Of a DNA stretch of 64,000 nt, positions 57,196 to 64,000 are shown piece by piece. The position numbers and the translations under genes were made by a program. How positions within the stretch are numbered: position 1 is the stretch's first letter; every line of letters begins with the position of its first letter. A model generated the notes under the pieces. The model searched no databases. It was not told the DNA's origin and was given only the letters and a program-made list of their open reading frames with translations. Origin of the DNA: Bacilli bacterium (GTDB lineage Bacteria; Bacillota_I; Bacilli_A; RFN20; CAG-826); the NCBI GenBank assembly GCA_035361955.1, contig DAOSDC010000005.1, forward strand, positions 32,987 to 96,986, read 5' to 3'.

Positions 57196-57407
57196 GGTGC
57201 TTTTTCTCCTTTGCCATCGTCGACATATATTGCATAATCGGGGCAGCGTTGCTCGCACAGCCCGCACATGATGCAGTTATTGTCCGCTTTTAACACGGCC
57301 TTGCCATCAACCATTTCGAGTGCGTCTTTGGGACAAAAGGCAACGCAAATGCCACAACCCTTGCACCAGGCCTGGTTGATTTTCAAATCTTTTTCTGGAG
57401 ACTCCAC
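57183..57407 (-). CDS. korD: 2-oxoacid:ferredoxin oxidoreductase delta subunit (2x[4Fe-4S] ferredoxin, KorD)
   Basis: 74 aa with CKGCGICVAFCP and CIMCGLCEQRCP. Overlaps the korA start by 13 nt. Confidence 0.85.
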   Translation of the reverse strand: MESPEKDLKINQAWCKGCGICVAFCPKDALEMVDGKAVLKADNNCIMCGLCEQRCPDYAIYVDDGKGEKAPWEK

Positions 57408-57610
57408 TATTTTCCTCCTCGCAGTACCGCAAAGAATTTATAGATAAAAAATACACTTCGAGTATGAATCAGATGTGTATATGGGTGATCAATGATAGGG
57501 GTTTCATTTAAGCGCTATTAATAGTATATAACTATAATTACTTTTTTAAACCATGAGTTTGGTTTTTAGCAAAGTTTCCTTGAAATATCTCAATTATTTT
57601 ATTGCCAGTC

Positions 57611-58135
57611 TCATAAATTAATCCAGTACCGCTGTGTCATTTTTCCTTCGACCGGAATTGTTTTTTCATAATTGCCGCCGTTGGCGAGTATCGTCTTGCG
57701 ACTGGCGAGATTATTTTCGTCACAAGTTATTAGTATCTTATCGATGCCAAGGTGTTTGCATATATGTAAGCTTAATCGCAACATTTCTTTAGCATAACCT
57801 TTGCCTCTTTGGCTTGATAAGACGGAATAGCCGATGTGTCCACCCCAAGTACTCAGGATTGGGTGGTTGATATGATGACGGATGTCAATCATGCCGACTA
57901 AAGTATCGTCACTTTCCCTAATTGCCAAATATAGTGATGAAGGAACGCGGTCGCTTGGACATGTGGCAACATTGGAGTACCGCTTCACGTCTTCGAGCCA
58001 CGCCTTAACACTATCGACCCGTTCAAGCGTCCCTCCTCCGGCAAGGCTTTCACCCCGAGTGAAAAAATCTTGTTTATAATTCCAAATTTGCTTGTCATAA
58101 CGTAGTGAAGGAACGACGAGTTTGATTTTTTCCAT
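57611..58135 (-). CDS. GNAT-family N-acetyltransferase (RimJ/RimL-like)
   Basis: GNAT motif A region QRGKGYAKEMLRLSLHICKHLGIDKILITCDENNLASRKTILANGG. Confidence 0.8.
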   Translation of the reverse strand: MEKIKLVVPSLRYDKQIWNYKQDFFTRGESLAGGGTLERVDSVKAWLEDVKRYSNVATCPSDRVPSSLYLAIRESDDTLVGMIDIRHHINHPILSTWGGHIGYSVLSSQRGKGYAKEMLRLSLHICKHLGIDKILITCDENNLASRKTILANGGNYEKTIPVEGKMTQRYWINL

Positions 58136-58137
58136 TG

Positions 58138-59493
58138 TTAAATAACCGCTGCCATTTCATATTTATGACCAAATCGTAGTAACGTCTGGTCATCGAATTT
58201 CTTGCCGACAAATACCATTGCTTTAGGTTGTTTGTTGAATATTCCTTCGGGGATACAAAGCGAGGGATTGCCATAGATTGGAGCGAAACTCGACCATGTC
58301 GGCGCACCAATGGCAATCAGATTGTGCTCGTGGAGTAAATGCTCGAATAAGTGGGCCTCCATTAGTAATTGATCGCGCCATTTCAGATATTCGGAATTGG
58401 TCAAATCTCCGTGGGTCGCGGTTGCTTTTTCCAAAATTGCTTGTCCATAACGAAGACATCTTTGCGCGTTATTTTTGTGAAATTCAATAATTCCATCAAG
58501 GTTTTGATAGGGTATTTTGTCCTTATGCGATTGTAAGAAGCGATTAATCGCGTATTTGAATTCCACTAACAAAGTGCGCTCGTTTTCGAGTGGTGGTAGT
58601 TCCACTGTTATTTCAACAAATGCAAAGCCGGCTTTAGTTAATTTGGCTTTGGATTGCTCAATTACCGATAATTCCTCACTTGAATACGGATGGTCTTTGA
58701 AATGTACGATGCCGATTTTACCCTGATTCAAGGGTTTGGTCATCGCATCGGTGAATGACATTGAAAATGGAAATGGGTGCCTTGTTGGTTGATCGTTGGT
58801 GAGGGCATCCATTAACAGTGCACAATCATAACAGCAGTTAGCCATTGGCCCAGCCGTGTCTTGAAGTGGTGATAGTGGGATGATGCCCGCTTGAGTGACA
58901 AGACCAAATGTTGGCTTCAACGATACGATTTGACACTGGAAGGCGGGCGCCATTAATGACCCATTTGTTTCGGTTCCAATCGCCGCTGGTACAATGCCAA
59001 GCTTGATGGCAACGGCACTACCCGTCGACGATCCCAGTGGATCGATCGTTTCATCGAATGGATGTTCGACTTGTCCATACATCGAGCCATAACCCGATGG
59101 CGTCTTTTCATCACCCATGAAATAGGCGAATTCTGACAAATTAGCCTTGCCAATGATAATCGCGCCTTTATCAATAAGATAATTAACAATTGGCGCATTA
59201 TGTGGCGGATAAAAATCGTTGAACGCATACGCGTTGCATGTTGTGGGGGTACCGTCTTTATAAAAGATGTTATCTTTGATAACAATTGGAATCCCGTGAA
59301 GAGGTCCACGAATGAAACCTTGTCGTCGTTCTTCGTCACCCTTTTTTGCAATCTTCCTAGCGAGCGGGCTAATGCGAGCTATCGCGTTTTTGGATAAAAA
59401 ACTGTGGTGTGCATTAATTGCTTTTTCTACAAGCTGGACGCTGGTGATATGCTCGGCTTCTAGGGCTTCTTTTATTTTTTTCAGTGTTTCCAT
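58138..59493 (-). CDS. Amidase (amidase-signature family)
   Basis: GSSTGSAVAIKLGIVPAAIGTETNGS, i.e. the AS-family Gly/Ser-rich signature with the catalytic Ser. Confidence 0.85.
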   Translation of the reverse strand: METLKKIKEALEAEHITSVQLVEKAINAHHSFLSKNAIARISPLARKIAKKGDEERRQGFIRGPLHGIPIVIKDNIFYKDGTPTTCNAYAFNDFYPPHNAPIVNYLIDKGAIIIGKANLSEFAYFMGDEKTPSGYGSMYGQVEHPFDETIDPLGSSTGSAVAIKLGIVPAAIGTETNGSLMAPAFQCQIVSLKPTFGLVTQAGIIPLSPLQDTAGPMANCCYDCALLMDALTNDQPTRHPFPFSMSFTDAMTKPLNQGKIGIVHFKDHPYSSEELSVIEQSKAKLTKAGFAFVEITVELPPLENERTLLVEFKYAINRFLQSHKDKIPYQNLDGIIEFHKNNAQRCLRYGQAILEKATATHGDLTNSEYLKWRDQLLMEAHLFEHLLHEHNLIAIGAPTWSSFAPIYGNPSLCIPEGIFNKQPKAMVFVGKKFDDQTLLRFGHKYEMAAVI

Positions 59494-59703
59494 TTATCCC
59501 TCATCAATAACCGCAAAATTTCGTGCTTGTTTCCTCATCTGGTTAAATAATAATCTCGTGAATTAGCTAATAGACGTCTTGAGGAATGTTTACCGCCGTT
59601 AATCGTATTCTGCATAAATATCGTAACCACATGACATCATATTATCTAACAAACTTCTATTTATTGTGGAACGGCACCCTTAAAAGGTATGCTGCCCGTG
59701 TCA

Positions 59704-60195
59704 TCAAGTGATAATCTGACTAGAAATATTCTTAAGCCATTCTATTGTTTGTTGGATGCATAATTCTTTATTTTTATTTACGTCGATGAAATCATGAAAA
59801 CCCATCCATGTGTTGTGTTTACTTATGAGTTTGTAAGCGCGTTGTTGCACGCCTTTGATGCCGCCTTCGTGCGTACAAAAGAAATAAACTTGCTTGTCTT
59901 TAACGTAACCGTTTTCGAACAGCGTCCTTATCGCGGGAGCATAGGTCCATGACCAAACCGGCGAACCGATAAACACCGTGTCATAACTTGAAAAGTCGCT
60001 GTTGAATTGCTGCAATTTTGGTTTTTGTTTCATCGCCACTTGCTTGCCGCCCCAAATGTATTTGGAAAAGCCAGTTGCTGTCATCTCTTTCTCGGGAATC
60101 AAACGAATAATATCACAGTCCAAAATTTTTGAAATCGCTTCAGCGATAGTCTTGGTATTGCCTTCATATGAATAATAAATAACTAGTGCTTTCAT
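59704..60195 (-). CDS. Flavodoxin-like protein (start revised to MKALVIYYSYEGNTK, 164 aa)
   Basis: Flavodoxin FMN-binding N-terminus. The revised start removes the 83-nt overlap with the upstream gene. Confidence 0.7.
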   Translation of the reverse strand: MKALVIYYSYEGNTKTIAEAISKILDCDIIRLIPEKEMTATGFSKYIWGGKQVAMKQKPKLQQFNSDFSSYDTVFIGSPVWSWTYAPAIRTLFENGYVKDKQVYFFCTHEGGIKGVQQRAYKLISKHNTWMGFHDFIDVNKNKELCIQQTIEWLKNISSQIIT

Positions 60196-60238
60196 AGATT
60201 TAAACCTCATTTCAAGCATAGCATCGCGGGGGTGTTGA

Positions 60239-61009
60239 TTACTTGGTTTCCTCTGATAAATTTGGATATACCTTGATGAAATGGTAGCAACTTGATAAAT
60301 GGTGATAGCCCCATTTTTCATACATGAAACGCGGGGTGTCGTTCATGTCAGTCACCAAATAAACAAATTTGGTTTGTTTTGTTTTTAAGAATGAAATAGC
60401 GTGTGCCATTAAAGCCGACCCGATGCCTTGATGCCGGTAAGGTTCTAGCACCGTAAAATCGTCAATTTTGGCGCATTGATCCGACCAAGTGACGTTGATC
60501 GATCCCACAATATGACCATCCAAAATCGCATAAAAATAACGATAATCTGTTTGCTTCATTAAAACTTCCCATTGCCTGATTGCGTTATTCACCGAGAATT
60601 GTTCGCCATATTCGCGGTTTTCTAAATAAAGATAATGGCAAAATGATTCCTTGATTGAGGGCTCAATTATTTGAATGTCAAACGATTTAACTTTCGGGAT
60701 TTTGACATCATTAATCGGTGCCCAATAGTAACCGTTGACACTTGGCTTATAGTCTTTCAAAACATCTTCAAACCCAGTTGGTTTTTCTTCGAATCGAAAG
60801 TGGACATGTCCATATTTTTTATAGGCCGCTTCATAGTCGCCTAGTTCGTTTTGTGATATTTGATTAGTTTTATAAACATGAAGATAATTGTGGTAGTACT
60901 TATCGCGTTGCATCGAGTCAGAGGCGATATAACCATATCTTGTTGCTTCGATGCTAGAAAACATCGCCACATAGTGTTTCTCAAACGCAAGAATATCTTC
61001 ATAAGTCAT
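60239..61009 (-). CDS. GNAT acetyltransferase-domain protein (C-terminal GNAT with an N-terminal uncharacterised domain)
   Basis: ILDGHIVGSINVTW..DFTVLEPYRHQGIGSALMAHAISFLK is GNAT motif A. Confidence 0.6.
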   Translation of the reverse strand: MTYEDILAFEKHYVAMFSSIEATRYGYIASDSMQRDKYYHNYLHVYKTNQISQNELGDYEAAYKKYGHVHFRFEEKPTGFEDVLKDYKPSVNGYYWAPINDVKIPKVKSFDIQIIEPSIKESFCHYLYLENREYGEQFSVNNAIRQWEVLMKQTDYRYFYAILDGHIVGSINVTWSDQCAKIDDFTVLEPYRHQGIGSALMAHAISFLKTKQTKFVYLVTDMNDTPRFMYEKWGYHHLSSCYHFIKVYPNLSEETK

Positions 61010-61571
61010 TGTGTGGGATGCTCCAATCTAAATCCAAATAATGTTCCCTGTTAAGAACGTAATCGATCACGTCTTGTTTGACGCCAAGTTGATCAGTAAA
61101 CGCTTGATAGCGAATCCCATTTGAAACAAATCCGAGCGATTCATACACATGCCTCGCGCGTTTGTTGGCCAAATTGGTATCCAAAACGATTCGAACGATG
61201 TCCTTGTTATCAAATATAAACGAAATCAAACATTTAAGCGCTTGTCGTCCCAGTCCTTTGTTTTGATGGATTGCTTCGCATATCTTGATTCCAATTTCGG
61301 CTTCATGTTCGCGGTAATTGACATTCATCTCGCCGATGGGGTGTTTCGAAAACATGATGATGAACAAGTGATTGTGCCCACCGCTGGGCGTCTGCTGTTT
61401 TTCAAGTCGTTTTGCTAAATCGGCCTCTTCGATTTCAATTCCGTGAGGAAAGCCGGCGTGGGCCATTACCGCTCCATCGCGCCACCAGGCAACCAATGTC
61501 TTGGCATCGCTAGGAAGCGCGCTTCGAAGTACAATGTCCTGGAATTTAAGTGCTAAAATGTTTGGTTTCAT
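60999..61571 (-). CDS. GNAT-family N-acetyltransferase (RimL-type)
   Basis: QNKGLGRQALKCLISFIF..LDTNLANKRARHVYESLGF. Confidence 0.8.
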   Translation of the reverse strand: MKPNILALKFQDIVLRSALPSDAKTLVAWWRDGAVMAHAGFPHGIEIEEADLAKRLEKQQTPSGGHNHLFIIMFSKHPIGEMNVNYREHEAEIGIKICEAIHQNKGLGRQALKCLISFIFDNKDIVRIVLDTNLANKRARHVYESLGFVSNGIRYQAFTDQLGVKQDVIDYVLNREHYLDLDWSIPHNDL

Positions 61572-62131
61572 ATAGTTTGTTCGTCATTTGATAAAAATCT
61601 TTTTGTAATCGTTAATAAGTCGTGGTATTTGGTCTCGTTAAAGTCAGTTGTGTCGCATTTAACGACTGTTCCAAAACAATCATCTGAGCGATAGCTTGCC
61701 ATGGAAGCGGTGAATGTTTCATATGACATTAACTCAATCGATTTGTGAACGGGGTGTCGCGATGGTTGTCGCGTTTTGTAACGCTCATAAATGACATAGG
61801 GATTTCCTTCAATGAATAAAGTCAACACGTTTTCGAGTGAAATTGGCAGTATTTCGCGAAGCTCAATGAGTTCCGGTTGTTTGAAATTGCTTTCGATGAT
61901 AACGTCAATACCCGCTTGGAGCAGTTTTTCTATCATCATTTTCATGATTTTGAAGGTGGCTTGGGAAAGTTTGAGGTTTTCCGCTCGATTCGAGTAACCG
62001 ATGGTGTCACCCAATATTTCTTTGAACGAATCTTTATTCAAACAAACCAGTTTCAAGTCGTTGCTAAGTCGACTGGAAATCGTCGTCTTCATCGTCGCTA
62101 GAAAGCCGGTAATAATGATTAATTTGGCCAT
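61568..62131 (-). CDS. Paralog of the 18389..18946 P-loop kinase, with a degenerate Walker A
   Basis: LIIITGFLATMKTT: the second Gly of GxxxxGK[ST] is replaced by Met. Shares a C-terminal RQPSRHPVH block with the other copy (QNRHPVHLTHP). Confidence 0.55.
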   Translation of the reverse strand: MAKLIIITGFLATMKTTISSRLSNDLKLVCLNKDSFKEILGDTIGYSNRAENLKLSQATFKIMKMMIEKLLQAGIDVIIESNFKQPELIELREILPISLENVLTLFIEGNPYVIYERYKTRQPSRHPVHKSIELMSYETFTASMASYRSDDCFGTVVKCDTTDFNETKYHDLLTITKRFLSNDEQTI

Positions 62132-62190
62132 GTTGTGTTCCTATTATTTAAGTATTTGTTGCGTGCTGATGCGTATTAAATAGTATGCGG

Positions 62191-62559
62191 CTATTTATTC
62201 GCCTTGGTTAAATTTTCCTTAACGCGTTGTTTGACGATCGCGCGAATCAACTCAAATGGTAGGGGTTTATTTAATGGAAAGTTAATCGATCCTTTTGCGG
62301 TCTTATAAGGGGCCAGTTCTTTTTCAAACATGGAAACGCCGGATGGGGTTGGATAAAACCCAATATGGTTTTTATACGCTGCAAAGTGTACCAAATTTCC
62401 ATGAAGATAGAACGTTGGCATTTGATAGCTAATTTTTTCGCTGGCATTAGGTGCTTCTTCGTGAATTATTTGGCGCATCTTTCGTAATATTGTTTGAACC
62501 TGTAATGGAAACATTGCGATGTATTCATCGACGCTCGTGAATATTACTTTTTTTTCCAT
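62191..62559 (-). CDS. DUF1801 (YdhG-like) domain protein
   Basis: 122 aa with a YdhG-like pattern, including YQMPTFYLHGNLVHFAAYKNHIGFYP. Confidence 0.65.
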   Translation of the reverse strand: MEKKVIFTSVDEYIAMFPLQVQTILRKMRQIIHEEAPNASEKISYQMPTFYLHGNLVHFAAYKNHIGFYPTPSGVSMFEKELAPYKTAKGSINFPLNKPLPFELIRAIVKQRVKENLTKANK

Positions 62560-62690
62560 ATCATTTGACCTTCCTTAGCAGTAAATACTATTGCCGTGCT
62601 ATTCGATGAAGAAAGTCATCGAATTTTCGCGTTTAAGCATAAAATCATCATATATAATTTTTTTGAACATAGTCGTATTGAGGTACACAT

Positions 62691-63587
62691 ATGAATATTA
62701 TATTTCGCTTCTATCAAGGAACCATCAATTATGATGGGGATTATCAAATCGTATGTGATTTTCTTAAAAGTGGAAACGCGAATGAACTTAAAGAACCCGA
62801 TTTCTTTTGGGCGCGCTTTGAATGGATGTTTGCGAGAGCTTCGTTTGACCAATCGTTGCTAAAAAAGATTGGATTATGGTTTTTAGATGGTCGACTTGTT
62901 GCCATGGTGACTTTTGAAGACCACCTCGGTGAAGCTTTTATCATTTGCGATGAAGCCTGTCATCATCTTTATCCAGCTTTAATCAAACATGCGCAGCAAC
63001 ACTTTTCTCACGATGGCGCGATTAAGATATTGGTGCCTGACCATAATAAAGTATTCCAAAAATATGCTTATCAAGCAGGATTCTTAGCAACCACTCATAA
63101 AGACGAAAACGCCATTTATGATTTGAATAACTTGCCGCAGCCCGCTGGTGACGAGCAATACAAAATCATTTCATTAAATGAGTGTCCCGACTTTAGAAAG
63201 GTTAATAGAGTTTTGTGGCGTGGTTTTAATCACGAGGGCGTTGCCCCCGAAGATGAGGAATCACTGTTGGGTCGTCAAGGAAGGTTTTCAAGTCCTAATT
63301 TTAAACGGGGCTACGCCATTGTTTGTGTTAACGAGGAAGATGATTTCGTCTCATTCGCGAGCAGTTGGTATCTACAAGACACCAAAATAGCACTTCTCGA
63401 ACCAGTAGCTACCGATCCTGATTATCGAGGCAAGGGCTTGGGTGGCAAAGTCGTATATGAAACAATGCGGCAGTGCCAAAAACAAGGAGCCGAATATGTT
63501 ATGGTTGGATCGGGTCAACAATTTTATTATTCACTTGGATTTATTCCCTATTCGACAAGCACTTGGTGGCTGAAAAAAATCGGATAG
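62691..63587 (+). CDS. GNAT acetyltransferase-domain protein
   Basis: C-terminal PVATDPDYRGKGLGGKVVYETMRQCQKQGAEYVMV is GNAT motif A. Confidence 0.65.
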   Translation: MNIIFRFYQGTINYDGDYQIVCDFLKSGNANELKEPDFFWARFEWMFARASFDQSLLKKIGLWFLDGRLVAMVTFEDHLGEAFIICDEACHHLYPALIKHAQQHFSHDGAIKILVPDHNKVFQKYAYQAGFLATTHKDENAIYDLNNLPQPAGDEQYKIISLNECPDFRKVNRVLWRGFNHEGVAPEDEESLLGRQGRFSSPNFKRGYAIVCVNEEDDFVSFASSWYLQDTKIALLEPVATDPDYRGKGLGGKVVYETMRQCQKQGAEYVMVGSGQQFYYSLGFIPYSTSTWWLKKIG

Positions 63588-63678
63588 CGATTGTTTTCAT
63601 AATTGATAGATTGCTATCTATCGATTGATCATACAACGGATATTCAAGCAATGAGTTCAAAGGAGTGAATATGACTTA

Positions 63679-63999
63679 TTAAGTAGCCTTCGATGTTTTA
63701 TAAGTCCACTCTTGGCCACACGAACCGCAACGGCAGCGATGTAATTCAATTTCGGCATTAGGGGAATAAGTTTCCAATTCTTGACCTTCCCAACGATGAC
63801 ACGCCGGACAATACGTTCGTTTATAAGAATGCCACACCTCAAGTAGGGTGCCAAAACCAAAAATATAGCCGATGATCAAAGCGGCAATCCGCCAACCACC
63901 GACCATAAAAGGAAACAAATCGATGAAAATCGGCAACAGGAACACGAACATGGCGATATGTATCACAAAATGTAAACTTATCAATAATATGCCCGGCAC
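63679..63999 (-). CDS. Membrane protein with a C-terminal Cys4 zinc-ribbon (N-terminus probably beyond the window edge)
   Basis: Two TM helices then CPACHRW...CRCGSCGQEW. Homologous to the C-terminal module of 32444..34015. The ORF reaches the window end with no ATG (first in-frame codon GTG). Confidence 0.5.
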   Translation of the reverse strand: MPGILLISLHFVIHIAMFVFLLPIFIDLFPFMVGGWRIAALIIGYIFGFGTLLEVWHSYKRTYCPACHRWEGQELETYSPNAEIELHRCRCGSCGQEWTYKTSKAT

Positions 64000-64000
64000 T

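Noticed and set aside
62616-62852. ORF 62616..62852 (-), 78 aa
   Set aside because: It overlaps the 5' end of the plus-strand GNAT gene and its promoter. No RBS or motif.

Overview
This is a 64 kb chromosomal window, gene-dense and mostly on the minus strand, from a low-GC anaerobic Firmicutes/Mollicutes-like bacterium. The organism call rests on many SGC-lipobox lipoproteins with Ser/Thr-rich linkers plus rubredoxin, butyrate kinase and a 2-oxoacid:ferredoxin oxidoreductase. I found no rRNA, tRNA, CRISPR, transposase or phage genes.

Housekeeping genes present: groES-groEL with an HrcA CIRCE operator, hflX, guaC, 5-formyl-THF cyclo-ligase, ogt, HIT, LigT, and a korDABC-sucCD-transporter operon.

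Accessory content:
- Surface/scavenging lipoproteins: endonuclease I with a poly-Ser tract, an LTD lipoprotein, alkaline phosphatase, a partial GH13 amylase, and a surface protein with five CBM25/26-like starch-binding repeats next to an AraC regulator.
- Three membrane GGDEF/EAL c-di-GMP proteins, two with degenerate GGDEF motifs. One operon embeds a small nucleotidyltransferase and sits beside a truncated processive-GT2 remnant.
- A divergent EF-G paralog with the catalytic switch-II His replaced by Asn, co-transcribed with a P-loop kinase that has a second paralog elsewhere in the window.
- An HTH-Fic gene behind tandem operator-like repeats.
- A detox-like cluster: MarR plus ring-cleaving dioxygenase, several GNATs, amidase, flavodoxin and DUF1801 proteins.
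- Two proteins sharing a membrane-anchored Cys4 zinc-ribbon module.
- An XRE regulator whose C-terminal domain is duplicated as a separate small protein.

Three coding genes are missing from the ORF track: rubredoxin, a 59-aa protein, and the partial GH13 gene at the left edge. The candidates for an undescribed system, in order of my interest, are the EF-G(H-to-N)/kinase pair, the XRE duplicated-domain module, the zinc-ribbon membrane module and the c-di-GMP/nucleotidyltransferase operon. None of these can be confirmed without database searches. Coordinates I derived by hand may be off by 1-2 nt.
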